Shown here in pieces: positions 25,286 through 39,479 of a DNA stretch of 64,000 bases. Source of the stretch: Hydrolagus colliei (lineage: Eukaryota); NCBI GenBank assembly GCA_035084275.1, contig CM068742.1, forward strand, positions 2,728,001 through 2,792,000. The letters run 5' to 3'. A program made the position numbers and the translations under genes. The stretch's first letter is position 1. Every line of letters starts with the position of its first letter. The notes below the pieces were generated by a model that saw only the letters and a program-made list of their open reading frames with translations, did not search any database and was not told the origin of the DNA.

Positions 25286-28219
25286 GCAATGGCATAACCC
25301 GAGTTCACTGATCACGGACACATGTGAGCACCTTGTGGCGCTAAGAAATGATGAACGACGGCTGTGCTCCTCGAGTTCAAACAATTAGAGGCTCGACAAC
25401 TTATTTCAGCCTGTATGATAAACTGCTTCAGACTTTACCACTGTAAACCTTTCAGGCAAAAGCAATAATATACGAAATTCCACTGTGAAAACCTGACCCA
25501 TTTGAACAGTGCCGGTAAATCTTGTTAATTCTCTTGATCCTCACTTATCATATGGAGCCAATGGAGATGTTTTGGATGATTTTGCAAGCTGTATGCTCAT
25601 TGACATCTTAGGATTCAGAACCTTATAAATATCTGAATTGTGACCCATCAGGCCAATACAAAGACTGGAATGGGACAAGTGCTTCCAACAATTTTGTGAA
25701 ATAGCTCATTCTACCATTTTAAAATGAAGAAAAATTGCATCACATCCCACTTAGGCATTTGGGAATACCTATTGTAGCAGAAATGCATTGAAATTAGAGA
25801 AATACCTAACAATGTATGTTACCAGGCTATAATACAGGATCATTTTGAATTATGTAATATTAATAATCCTTGCATTGAAGTGCTCTTGGATTCTACCCTG
25901 TGTGAGGGGCACTATATAAATGCAAGTTGTTGTTATTGATAAAGCACCGTATATTATGTTCAAACATCTCAAAGCTTTTCACGGGGTATACTGTAAAGTG
26001 GATTGACAAACTGAATGTTGATAAGTACAACTGGACCAGATATTCTTCAAGGAAATGCAAGAGGTGACACTCTGGTTAATTTTTTTAGGAGCTCCATTAA
26101 CACTGAAGCTTCACCTGAGGTCTAGAAAAATAACTGATTAATTGTTTAATCATCTCATTGCTATATGTGGGATGTTGCTAACACAAATTAGTTATCATGT
26201 ATGCTTACACATCCACAGCTACTGCATTTTGAACTAATTAATTTTATGAAATGCTTTAGACGTTTCACTTCTAAAGCAAGTAAGATACTTTTTATCAAAA
26301 TGCAAGTGATAAAAAGCATATTACCTTCTGGAAAATCTCTGTATATACTTCAGGTATGTGGAAATCAATAAGAACCATTAAAAAACTACCACGATAAAAA
26401 GGTCCGAGAGGAGATATATCAAACGTAAACTTTTTACTGATCTCGTAAAACCTGTTCAACTTTGACTAATACTGGAAATCTTCATTCATGAGTCAGCAGC
26501 TCTGATCCACACCTGTTGAAGATGTTTCCCATCTCTGGTAAATGCAATAAATACCTTGAAAAAGTACTGTTCCTATGAAAGATTCTCTGATCACTGTGTT
26601 TGTTACATAGGAACGCAAGGAATGTACAAGAATGGAAAAGATCATTGTAGTCTACCTGATATATCCCAAGGATAATGAAATAGATTTAAAGCGCTCTATC
26701 TCTGACACAGCTCCAATCAATCTATTCGCAAAATAGCCATCTAATTCCCTCTTGAATTTGCTCAGTTTGTTTCCACCGTCTCTTTGAAGAGTCTTTTTCA
26801 TATGCTCAACAATCTGTGTAGAATAGTTATATCTGAATGGTCAATTCATCTCCCTTCTTCTGGAATTTGAGTTTGGGGTTTCCTAGCATACTGTTTGCAG
26901 TTTTACTACATGACCTTATTTTATTTTACTTATTGCAACTATTGCCTCATTCGACACTTTCATGTATCTATTGCACTGTTAACTACCTGATTTACAATTG
27001 ACTTTTGCAGGAATGCTTCAACTCCATCTAAAGCTGATCATCTTGCGCCATGAAGCACATCATTGAGTAGAGGTGCCTTGCCAATTGGAGCTTGTGCAAA
27101 TTAAGAGGGATTTCACCTTAGATCAAAGTTTAACATCACTGTCTCGGCGGAAGCTACAAAGTGGGGGTAGGTGTGTGGAAAAAAAGACCCAGCTGGGACT
27201 GGACACATCACGTTCTCCTATAGAAGTGCCATCAAATGAATGGATTTAGAATGTCTTTTTGAAGACCATTTTAATAATGTACATCTCTTTATTCCCTGTG
27301 GGGGGTGTTAAGGACCAATAAATGAAGTATGACCTCAATTTGATAGTGAAATCGCTTTCTCGAAGCTCAGAAAAGTTTTAATACGACCGAGAAAGGTTGG
27401 AGTTTAGCCAAATGTAATGCTTTCTTGCTGCCCACATACTGTGTTTAGGGGTCAAGGAGTCCTGCTGGTTTATGTCATTCAAATCAGCTCTCTGACTGCA
27501 TAATTAATGAGGATATTTAGACTATATTAGTCTCACTTAAGCATGTGATTTTTCTGAATCCAGCTTGGTCATTAGTGTAAGAAGATCATGTGTGTAATGT
27601 CTGCGTAAGGACCTGAATTGCTGAAGAGAAGGGAATACTAGCAGTTCAGCAGGCAAATGCACCATTTAGTGCAGTACTGATATACATAGCCACAGAAGGA
27701 TTAGATTTGACCTGTACTTAGTCGACTGAAGTAAGGTATCAATGATAACGTTGCAATATGTATTAACACAATGCCTCAGTGAGTCAGCCTCAGTTAGTGG
27801 CAAACACAACAAATACACTTATTTTCTTGAATGGTAACATGGGATCATTTAATGTCCACTTGATCAGTTAGTGGCATGCTCTCCCTAAGTCAGAAAGCTG
27901 AAGGTTCAAGACCAACATCAGGATTTTGAACTCTTTGAAGAGTCTTGGCTCCACTCGGCTAGCCCTCCACCCGTATAGACTTGTTGGAGGTGTGCTCCAT
28001 TGTTGGATGTGTCTTCCTTTGAATGAGATTTTAAAGGCACTCGCTCTACAAATGTAATTTTGTTGCTGCGTTTTGTTGTTGTTACCATTCAAGAAAATAA
28101 GTGTATTTGTTGTGTTTGCTTACAAAATATAAAGTCACTACACTTTAATCCTGTGAATCATGTGAAGCATATTCAGATGTTCTCCTGAGGTGAATGGTAC
28201 TATATCAAATGCAATGACT

Positions 28220-28980
28220 ATAGTTATTTCTTAGTTCATATAGAAAGAACATCTCAAAGAACTTTAAAAGATTGAATGGGTGTCTGCTATGGCAGGACGA
28301 TCAAAGAGATAAATTGTTGGACAGATGTGGAAAGTAGAGAGGTGATTTCAGAAGACTGCTTAGGATGGACAAATGACTTGAAGATTGTTATGTAGATTAT
28401 GATATGTTAGCAGAGTTAGCAGAGTGGAGTGCGCGGCCAGGGAGTTCGGTCATCGGAGCTCACAGAGCTAGGCCAGCACAACAACGTGAAGCCATTTGAA
28501 AGTAAACTGATCCATTGAGGGATAGAGGGGATCCAATGGAGAATAGAGTCAGCGGAACTGGGAAAGCAGGGCTTTGGTAAAGCCTAGATGAAAAGTTCAA
28601 AGTAGAGTTGAAGGATGAACAAAATAAATCAAGGTTCCACACAGGCTCAGCGAGTTGGAGTGAGGTAATAGGTATGTCAATGCAGTCAACACCTTAGGTG
28701 AAAAAGCACTGATAGGAGCCAAGCAGGTCAGCATCAGTTTTCTTGACATTGAGTTAACCTCAGAGGCCCTGGACTGCAGATGAGAATTTTCAGTCAGAAT
28801 TCCTATTACTGGGCACCCAGAAACTTCTGCTATTAAGCAAAACTTGTTCGTAATGGGCAATCGAGGACAGAAATAGGTTCACCTCCAAGATTCCAAATAG
28901 TTACAAATCCTGTCTGGGCTCATAGATGATGAAGAAGACAGTGCTCCGATTTACACCAAACAATGCCCGGGGTACAGTAC
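28220..28980 (-). mobile_element. highly degraded L2 relic
   Basis: GGATCCAATGGAG (LHW), GATAGGAGCCAAGCAGG and other C-terminal motif remnants. Confidence 0.5.
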
Positions 28981-29229
28981 ACAGTTCAGATCGCTGCAAA
29001 ATAAGAGGGGTACCCAGGCACCAGAGAGAGTACAGAGGAGAGCAAGAAAGATGAATATTTCCATTCTATATTTGCAATATTTCAATATTTGCAAAGTGGA
29101 ATATTACTAGTTTTAAATAATTTCTCACAAGAGTTAATCATAGCACTCTATCTGAGGTCTATGACATGTTGTCTCAAAGTGTGTCCAAATTAATTGCTCT
29201 GGAACATAGCAAATGGTGCGTTTGTTGAC

Positions 29230-29640
29230 AAATGCAAAAAGCTAATTTGAGCAAAGCAAGTTCCCACAAATGCTCTTGAAGTGAATGACCAGTTTCTCTG
29301 GGAGATTATTGGTCACAACTTGAAGAGAAACTCCCCGCTTTTTTGGATGAGACTATAATAATCCTTGCATTTGATATAGCACCTTCCATGGTGTGAATGA
29401 CATCTCAAAGTGCTTCATAGAATATACTGCACTATGGAGTGCAGTAACTGTATCTTGCAGGCAAATTACCTCTTTTAGCTTAGTTTCTCAACTGAAGGAC
29501 ACATCTCTGACCACGCAATACGGCCTTAGCGATGCATTGGGGTGTCAACTTTGACCATATGAATTCCAAATTCTGACGTGGAGCTTGAAACCACAAACTT
29601 CTGAACCAGACATGACCGTGCTATCAACTGAGACAGCTGT
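29230..29640 (-). mobile_element. old DeuSINE relic with an inserted SINE tail
   Basis: TTGAAACCACAAACTTCTGA..AACTGAG head on the reverse strand; tail at ~29355-29460. Confidence 0.6.
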
Positions 29641-32266
29641 ATTAAAGGAGGGAGTGTGGGAGGAGGGCGGGGGGGGGGGGGGGGGGTGAACTGAAGAACT
29701 GAACAAATTGAAGATCTGTCTCATGGGGCTACACCAAATGTAGGCTTTATTATTCAATATTACTATTCAATTGAATGACTCGTAAAAGTCAAATGAATGA
29801 CTTGTTTACTGCCTATACTTCCAAAATAAATTGTCACTTTTACTGTTATTCTCCATGAAATAACAATAACAAACAAAAATGACACTTGTCTAGCGCCTTT
29901 CACTTCAGGAGGATGTCCCAAGGCGCTGGGAAAGAGGGTGGAATTGGAATATAAATAGGACATGTAGTCACAAACAACTATTAACCTGTTTTGAGAAAGT
30001 TTACATTGTCGCAGGACCTATCCTGTGAACATTTGAAAGGTCCCCATGAACAGTGTGCTTCCCTGGAGGTCTGGGAGCATCGGGTAAAGATAACCGTTAT
30101 TCAAGCTTGGATTCTCCAGATGAAATAAATACTACAGATTTAACACAATCAACTTGGAGAGATGCCCACACAAGAATATTTTTCTACAGTATTAGGAAGA
30201 ACCATGCCAGTTATTTCAGAGAAACAGAATTAGCTAAAAGGTATTGTATTACGTTATTTGGCGATTTCATATATGGGTTGAACATGATCAATTTTAATAA
30301 AGTTAAATGATATTCTGTTAAATACTTAACTCCTGATAACAAATGTTTTCAACAGTAATTGCTGGATATGTTGTTTCTATTGAGATGCTTGCAAGTAATA
30401 GCTGTTGGATGTAATAGGAAGTCTAAAGTACAAAATTATAATTTCAGATGTATTAATGAAGATTTGAGTCTTTTCTATTTAATGCACAATTTTGTGTCAA
30501 CTTTAAAGATAACCAGAGCTGAAAATTAAAATTATTCTCAGCTTTGCTGCTGTATGTTTCCAGTCTCAATTACCACTAAAAGACAAAAACAAAATCATTT
30601 TGTAATGAATTTCGTCTCTACTGAACATGATTTTCCTTCACCGGCTCCAGAAGCTATAATAAGGGCACAAAAAGGATTGTTTTTCAGCAATTCTTCTGAA
30701 AACGATCTCAGCAGATAAGGCTGAGTTCAACGTTTCCAGATTCTGACCCACAGCCTTTTTATTCTGAACATTCATCAGATCTTCAAAGTGCAACAGTGGC
30801 AACATTTTTCAACCGACTTGCCTTTATTTATAAAATGCTGAAAAAGAGAGAGGTGGGATATTCCCTCTGAGATTGTGAGGGAAGGATTTTTGCATTGCAC
30901 TCTGTAACTAGACAAGGTTTCACACATCCACAATGTTTAGCAGAAAGGAACCAGTCTGTTGTCACACAAGCAGGGATAATGTCAAGCCGATCTTAATTAG
31001 CTGTGAACTGCAATATTCACATAATGTAGCCCATACAGTGACAAATTCTAGTTTTTAAAAAATAAAAGTGGCCTTTTATCAATCCATCATTGTTTTTACA
31101 CTGCTGTCCTGGAGATAAATTTTTAAAAGCATTTATATTTAAAGAAAAACTTTAAAGAACAGAAACTAGCTCTACTGGAAACTGTTCAACAGTTAACAAT
31201 AATAAAAACAATAAAAGCAATCCTTGCATTTGATATAGTGCCTTATCACATTGCCGAGGATTCTCAAAGGACTTCACAGGATTTACTGTTAATTTAGACA
31301 CTGTATTTTAGAGGCAAATAGAGCAGCTCATTTGTACACAGCAATGTCCCACAAACAAGTCAATATGATCCAGTCATTGAGGAGTTGGACTCTCATTAAG
31401 CTGAATATTTGATAACTGTTATATTTAATGTTCACCATACACATTTATAGGTACTACGAAATCCAAAGAAACAAGCATACCATACTTATGTTTCTTCATC
31501 CTGAGATTTCAATGCTATCTTGTAGCATTCTAAGGCATATATAACAAGCTGGGCAGTCTCATATAATTGACAATTTGTACAAATCACAACAGAAACCTTC
31601 ACTAGAGGTGCAAACGATTAATATTACAGCGAGAACCTTTGAACTCCACTGTAATGTTCTGCTCCATCCATAGAGTTCTCTTGTGTAATGCTTCAAAAAG
31701 CTCCCTTGTGTAATGCACTCCTCACAGAGAGTAGGTTTGTAGTTAGCACTGAAGTGCAGGCACCTGGTAACACTTAGATGAAAGGAAATGCCTGACTATA
31801 CAGAAATACACTGGAACACTCCACAGAAAAGACACTGACAGTCACACCGTGCATTTCTGGATGTAAATCCCCGAAGGCTTCAATGTCAGTTGAAGAATCA
31901 GCCATCTCTAAAACCAGCATGACAGTGTTTCAGATCTCGTGCGCTAGTGGCCAGATTTTCAAAGAGAAAGTGCAGGTTTGCAGTATTTTTGTTCAGTTTT
32001 TTGTACATTTTAAATCGTCTACAATAAAATGCCGGTCATGCACAGCCACGTCCAGTTGAGGTTTCAGGTGTGACCTTTTGGCATCCAATCGCGCACAAAA
32101 CATTCTCTTGTCTTTCCATTTTTACAAAGTGCTTGTAAGTGCAAGTTGTTGTTGTTGCTTGACCTGCTGTGCATTTTCGGTTTTGATCTGCGATTTCCGA
32201 CGTGGGGTTCGCAAACGTTTTAATCAGCAAACAGACAGGGTATGCCTTGGCTAAGGGCGTGAAAAG

Positions 32267-32420
32267 TGGAACCCTGTAGCTCAGTGGTTAAAGCATTTGC
32301 CTCGCAAAGCAAGAGGCCTGGATTCGATTGCAAACAGAGTGAAAACTTGGGGAAGTTTCCTTACTCCACACGCCTGATAATAATCCCTCCGAAAAACAAT
32401 AATACTTAATTCCACGACTG
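32267..32420 (+). mobile_element. young SINE 5' half
   Basis: GTGGAACCCTGTAGCTCAGTGG...AAGTTTCCTTACTCCACACGCC. Confidence 0.85.
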
Positions 32421-34499
32421 GACTATAAAATTGTACAATTTTTCTGAGAAATGCAGTGACTACAATTAACTAGAAAGTCGGGTTCAGAATTAAAAGTGTA
32501 CTTTTAAGAATTTGCAAATTCTGAAATGCTAAGAAAATAGCGGGAAAATGATTGTGCAAAAGTTAGTGCTGCAGCTACAAAGTGATCTTAACATTCAAAG
32601 CATAACACTGCAGTTGATACGCGAGAAACGGGTTCTCAAAAGCACATCCTCAGTACTCAGCAGTACAGCAAAGGGTAAAATGAATCTCAATGTGAAAGCT
32701 CAATGCTACAATTATCCTTGATACTAGAACATTAGAATTCAATTGAGCATGAGTTGAATCTGAATCGCATGCTAATCAGAATGGGGACCCTGACACAGCA
32801 GTAGTCCTCGTGGTCACATCTCCTGTCGGCTGTCCCTGGTTTGCAAACCTCTGGGGAAAATCTGTGTTCAAATGAACTGACATAAACCATTCAGTTACTC
32901 TTCTATTTACCGCTTAAAACAAACACTAGAGAAACAAAAACCTCAGAGCAACTTGGGAAATAACCCCCAAAATGGTTCGTGTGATTTTCTTTATTGGTTA
33001 CCACTATGAGGATATCCTGTGCAGTGCTTTGACAGTCTTCTGGCGGGAAACGTGCCATATCTGATCTAATGATGATGATGTATCACTAATTTAACAAGTA
33101 GATTGACAAATATCTGACATCGTACATATATATATGCTATATATGTGTAACAAACACACATATTTACACAATAGATGTAAAATATACACAAATAACCAAA
33201 TCAATTATCACTGATATCAATAGTTGTATTGCCTTTATTTTACCTTGTTGCACTAAAGAGCAAAGTGTTTTCAATAAGAATTACCTGTGCTGCACAAACA
33301 TGGGAATCTGCATAAGCAACTGACCACGTTGCCAATGTATTTACCACAATTATGTCAGACAGATATTGTATATGTCTTTTGGCCATTTTTCTGTTTCTAC
33401 AGAAGTATCTACCTGAAATTGATTTAATCTAAGCATACCAGTTGTTTTACAATTTCTAAAAAGTTTTATAAAAGGCACCAATAACACACTTTGCCAAGAA
33501 AGTTAGCAGTCCAATAAAGGCCTTTTATTGCCTTTGATGGAAAAATGGGGAAAATGGATAAAGAAAATGGAGGCTCTTCAACCCAGCAAACCTGTTCCAT
33601 AAGTCATAGATATTTGGTAGATCTTTTATTTTCAACATCCTGCTGTTTTTATTTGCTAAACTCTAAAATGCCTTTGCAGCCCAAGTATCTGTCCATGTCT
33701 ATGTTAGATGGGCCTGGACAATATTCCAGGACACTGCTGATGACAGCATAGGGAGTCATCCCACTCAGCTCCTGTTAACAACAACCACAAAATTACATTT
33801 GTATACCCTTCAAGCCAAAGCTGTAATGGGAATGGTGATCCTAGCTTGGCGGATACCAATATCAATACTATGCGATTTTAGCTGGTTGTACTCCAGCAGG
33901 ACCCCAACACACACACTGAGATCACAAAGTCTCATCTCTTGGCAATCTGTGCCAAATACTTAATGAATTTGGTCAGCCGGATGCATCCCTCAAAGTAGAG
34001 TGTGCATTCTATTCCAACAATGTAGCTCTGGCTTTTTCATGTGTAGGTGGGAAGTATGGAAATCTCAGATGGTTTGATTACTCTTCAGTAAGGTGATGGG
34101 TTTCCGCATGTGTGTCAGATCCCCGGCTGGTAAAAATAAATCTGTGTCTCTTTGAAATATCCCTATTGATTCAATTTCTTCTGCCGCCGTTTGGTGCAGG
34201 GCTTTGCAGAACTTCATATAAACTTAATAAGTAAAAAACAGTTGTTATTTCAAGTGCATCTTCACTGGCTGCTACTCTTTTTAGCAAAATCACATCCTTC
34301 ACAAACATCAGTAAGGAATGTTGGGATCTAATCTATTTTGTTACCATTTCATTATGCATCTGTAATATACGCTCTGCACTCAATGTTTAGGATGAAACAA
34401 AAGCCAGGCACAGTTTTTTAAAAAATTATTTCCCCCTGCCTTGGTGTTCCTAAAGGTGCTAACTCAGTGCTTTGTCAGAGTAGCTGTGTTTCACACATG

Positions 34500-35217
34500 A
34501 CCTGAAAACAAGGCAGAGGCCCTACTAATTGGCTCAAGCCAGCACCTTCTTGCATCAGGCGCTGGCAGCATCAACCTCCATGGTTGCACATTGGACCTCA
34601 CCAAGCCAGTCAGGAACCTAGGTGTCTTGTTCGATCCTCCACAGTCTTTCCTCCCCCACATCCCAGCAATGACTCGCTCTTCCCAATTCCTCCCTCCACA
34701 CGCTGCAGATAATCCAGAACTATGCTGTCCGTGTCCTCTACCATTCCAAACTCCATGACCCCATCTCCCCCATCCTTGCCGACTCCCTTGGCTCCCCATC
34801 ATCCAGAGGATCCAATTCAACATCCTGGTCCTCACATTTAAAGCCCTCGACAACCTCACCCTATCCTACATCCATGACCTCCTATCCCCTTACGAACCTG
34901 TCCGCCCCCTGTGCTAAGCAGGCTCTGGCCTGCTCCGTGTCCCCCGACCCACCCACCTCACCATTGGCGGGAAGTCTTTAGCCACTCTGCCTCCAACCTC
35001 TGGAACTCCATCCCGCAGACCCTCCACCTCACCCCCTCTCTGGTCTCCTTCAAGTCTCGCCTCAAGACTCTCCTCTTCGATGGACACATCAGTAACTGCT
35101 AAACTCCCCCTTCCCTCCCACCCCTCTGTCCTCAGCTCAGATCTGAAGCAGTGAATTCCAGTGCCTTGGGATGTCCGCCTGCCACTATGCAAGTATAATT
35201 TTGTTGTTTTTGTTGTT
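34500..35217 (+). mobile_element. L2 3' portion (family C)
   Basis: FSHSASNLWNSIP...FKSRLKTLLFD; decayed tail with (TTG)n. Confidence 0.85.
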
Positions 35218-36139
35218 AAACAGTAAACGTCTTCAAGCTCCCAATCTTCATAGCTTATCTTGTTCATGTTTTTTCCCCATCACCATTGTTTTCACCTCTG
35301 CCCCCTCTGAAAATGTAAATTATGCTCCTCTACGACAATATGTCATAGAGGAGCATTGCCTACTGGTACCTAAACAAAGTGACTAACCTTGTTTGATGAC
35401 TGGGGTTTATCATGGTGGATTCAAGCCAGTCCACTGTGGCTGTCTCGACAGTACAGTTCCCGAGTCAGGCTGGTCTGTAGTACCACTGCAAAGATCGACA
35501 GCACAGGCTGGAATTTGAACCTTCAAGCCTTTGCTGCCCTTTGTACATCATAATAACAATGATCCTCGCATTTGATATAGCACTTTGCATGTCTTCTTGA
35601 CGTCTCAAAGCGCTTCACAGAATATACTGCAACGTGAATTGAGTGTATTTTTTTTATGGCATTCTGGTTTAGAGCTGCAAATGCTTTTCCAAACAGACCA
35701 TCCGGGATTTCTTTATTTTAATTTTACTGCTGAGAAAATATTACTTTACAAAATCAGTTACATCACATTCAATACTGGAATTAAACCAACATTAAACTCA
35801 ATGTGTCAGACAGCTTTTTGTTTCTACTAAAAAGCCTCCTGCTTAATGCCAGAGCACGCACCTCAGCAACATGAACACAACAGCTCTAATCCACACCGGC
35901 AATCTGAAATTGAAATATGCATTCAAACAAAATAATTCAATTTAGGGCTTAAGTGATTAGACATAGTGATTTTTTAACGTGTATTTTAGGTTTGATCTGG
36001 CAGGCTTGTGGGCATACTGATTGCTAACAAGTAACTGTAAAATCTATAGCAAACAGTACACAGAAATATATTACTGTACACCAAGGCGTGAAGCAAACCA
36101 AATGATTTTAATGACAAATCCATCTGAAAGATTTGCATC

Positions 36140-37930
36140 CTGATGAAGTCGCCCCTAAAAACAGCTGCCATCACCCCCTCCAATCCGGCAAACTTTGCAG
36201 ACCCACCCTTGACTGGTTCAACTCTTACTTCTCCCACCCTTTCCTCTTTTTCGCTAATAACTACTTCTCCTCCAGCCTAAGCACTGTCACAACAACAAAT
36301 TACACTTATAAAGCGCCTTTCACGTCGGGAGGACGTCCCAAGGCGCTGTAAAGGAGACGTGTGACCTGAGCTGGGAGGGGAGTGTACAGGAAGGGATGAA
36401 ACAAGTAGGGGAGGTCGAAAAATTTGGGTGGAACAAAAGGCACGGTCAAAGAGGAAAGTCTTCAAACCGGCCTTGAAAGAGGAAAGGGAAGAAACGAGAC
36501 GGAGGGATTGGGGGATGGAATTCCATAGGGTGGGAGCAGAAAAACTGAAGGCCCGGCCTCCGATGGTGGGGCGGTTCGGGCGGGGGGCTTGGAGCAGGCC
36601 AAGTCCTGCTGAGCGGAGGGTCCGGGTGGGCTTGTAGCGGAAAAGTAAATTGGTTAAATAGGGCGGGGCAAGGCCGTGTAAGGCCTTGTAGGTGAGGACG
36701 AGGATCTTGAACTCGATCCTCTGGAGGATGGGGAGCCAATGGAGACGAGCGAGGGTGGGGGTTATGTGGTCGCAGAGGTGGGTGCGGGATAATACACGGG
36801 CTGCAGAGTTTTGGATGACCTGCATCCTGTGAATGGAGGAACTGGGGAGGCCGACGAGGAGAGAGTTTCCGTAGTCCAGCCGTGAGGTGATGTACGTGTC
36901 CACGAGTGTTTCGGCAGCGCGGGGGGTAAGATAGTTGCGGAGCCTGGCAATGTTGCGCAGGTGGAAGTAAGCAGTGCCGGTCAAGGCACGGATGTGGGGG
37001 AGGAAGGAGAGTTTTTGGTCGAATGTGATGCCGAGGTTCCTGACTGGCTTTGTGAGGTGGAGAGTACAGCGTTCCCTGGGGGAACGTGTGGCGTTCCCCC
37101 AGGGCTCTGTCCTTGGCCTTCTTCTTTTCAATATCTATATGCTCCCGCTTGCAGACATCATCCACAGACTTGGGATGAACATCCATATGTATGCGGATGA
37201 CATCCAACTCTACCTGTCTGCCTTCACCCTTGATTCCAGCGCCACTGCAGTCCTGACAGATTGCCTGTTGGACATCAAGTCCTGGATGAGAGCTAACTTT
37301 CTACAACTGAAAGTCAACAAGACCGAATCCCTCCTGATTGGCTTGTGCCAGCGCCTCCACAGTTCAGGCATTGGCAGCATGACTTTCGTGGTTCAACACT
37401 CCATCTCACCAAGTCATTCAGGTGTCTTGTTCGATCCTCAAGTGTCTTTCATCCCCCACATGAATGCCATGAGCAGCTCTGTCTTCGGTCGCCTCCGCAA
37501 CTTTACCTAACTCCGCCACGACCTCACCTCTCAGGCCGCTGAAACTCTCATTCATGCTTTCATCACTTCCAGGCTCGATTGTGCAATGCCCTGCTTGTCG
37601 GCTTCCCAATACCTCCCTCCATAGGCTGCAGATAATCCTGAACTCTGCAGCCATGTCCTCTCCCGCACCAGGCTCTGCGACCCCATTTCCTCCATTCTTG
37701 CCTGACTCCATCGGCTCCCCATCATTCAGAGGATTCAATTCAAGATCCTGATCCTCATCTTTAAAGCCTCCCATGGTCTCACTCCACCTCACCACTGCGA
37801 CCTTCTAATCCTCTACCTACCTGTCCGCTTCCTCCGGTCATTAGGACCCAGCCTGCTCCATGTCCCCCGACCCATTAGCCCCACCATCGCTTTCAGCCAC
37901 TGCACCAGCAACCTTTGAAATTCCAACCCG
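36140..37930 (+). mobile_element. older L2 (RT to C-terminus) split by an antisense young L2
   Basis: LDWFNSYFSH..STVT (36200-36290) continues as [18 protein letters not shown] from ~37087. Confidence 0.85.
36289..37069 (-). mobile_element. young L2 family A, 5'-truncated
   Basis: ORF 36277-37131 nearly identical to 56173-57129 ([25 protein letters not shown]). Confidence 0.95.
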
Positions 37931-38867
37931 CCATCCCTCCTCTTTGTTCAAAGTAGTGCCACAGGACCTCTAACTTCCACCTGCACAGGCAGATAGGCCC
38001 CTGGGTTAACATCTTGGTGTCCCGCCCAACGATCACTCTGGCAATATGTAACAATCAATCTAACACTGACATACAGCATTCTATCATTAAAAAACACAAT
38101 TATTTATTGTTGAAAACAGTTTCTCCTTTGGTCTTTGCCACCAAGCCTTACGGTGACGACAAAGAGCAGAACAGGAACAACCATGTGTTCCCGACAATGA
38201 TATGAACATGCATTTATAATTCTCAAATCACTAGGTTTAATAGCATAACGAATACAATGTAACCAAAAACCTTTTTACAAACAACCAAATAACTTGCTGC
38301 AAAACACTTCACGTTTAGTTCCTAATGGCCCTTTGACCTACTGAGAATGTTTGTCCATCGTACAGCAACGATAAGTATGTTGGGGGAAATTAGTTTATGA
38401 GCTCTAATGATAATTAACACATCACCCTCCTTTCCCATTCCCATATCACATTCCCTTCATATAAAATGCAACATTATATTATTTTAATAATATATTTAAT
38501 AATGTCTTCAAGACAAATGGAACAAATAGAAAATTGCTAACGTCTCACCAACATATGGAAATGATTTTACCTCTTTCCTGCCAAGTTTCCTTTGAACTGT
38601 TTATCGTAGCTTGATTGATTTATAATGATACAAAATATCCTTTGTCTAGGATACAATCAATGAGAGAAAAAACATAATACTCTTAAACGTATTCCCTTCC
38701 TTAAATGAGACATTGCTTAATTAAGAAATGATTTATTGACTAAAAGAAAATCTGTATTTTCAAAATGTATTTTCAAAACTTGTTCTTAACAGGTTTAGGT
38801 GTGAACACCATTCAATGCTGGATAATGGTTTCTCCAATAAGATTTCTAGATTCTAAGCCACTGTCTT

Positions 38868-39182
38868 ATAATAAATAATAGTAATCCTTGCATAAGATAC
38901 AGTGCTTTTCATGTCTTCGAGGCTTCTCAAAGACCTTCGCAGAATATACCATCAAGTGAATTGACTGTACATTTGTGGGCAAAACGCAACAGCCATTTGT
39001 GCAGTGTCCCACAAACAGTCACGGATTAAAGTGACCAATTTAATTTTTTTCTCTCAAGATATTATTATCGGCAGCAGTGTGGAGTAAGGAAACTTGCCCA
39101 AGGTTTTGCCCGGCTGGGAAAAAAAACCCAGGTCTCTCACTTGTGAGGTGAGTGCTCTAACTACTGAGTCACAGGTCTCCAC
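38868..39182 (-). mobile_element. young SINE, near full length
   Basis: same head, body and tail as the 40892 copy. Confidence 0.88.
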
Positions 39183-39479
39183 TGTAGCTGTTTGTTTAGT
39201 AAAATAATAATCCTTGCATTCGGTAGAGTGCTTTTCACATCAGGAAGATGTTTCAAAGCACTCAACAGGATTTACTATAAAGTGCAGCAAACATATTTTA
39301 TAAGTGAATGTGGCAGTTAATATCCTCACAACAACGTTGCATGAACAACCATGAAATGAATGACTATTTTTTATCTAAGGGGAATTGTTGATGAGGACAC
39401 CAGGGGAATCTCCCTTTTCCTTCCATTAGTTAGTGAGGATTCTAAGCCTTTTTCCCCCAATAGGATGGATGCCATTTTT

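Noticed and set aside
29054-29105. AT-rich imperfect hairpin as a pre-miRNA
   Set aside because: Low complexity, weak stem, and no recognisable mature sequence
31793-32060. Open frame of roughly 85-90 codons (LYRNTLEHS...KEKVQ)
   Set aside because: Weak splice signals and no recognisable protein similarity
36446-37207. 253-aa Pro/His-rich ORF and similar alternative-frame or antisense ORFs over LINEs
   Set aside because: By-products of C-rich L2/CR1 coding sequence
36289-37930. Back-to-back L2 pieces as a twin-priming 5' inversion
   Set aside because: The pieces overlap in ORF2 coordinates and differ in age, and the + strand copy continues on the other side (36140-36290); this is a nested insertion
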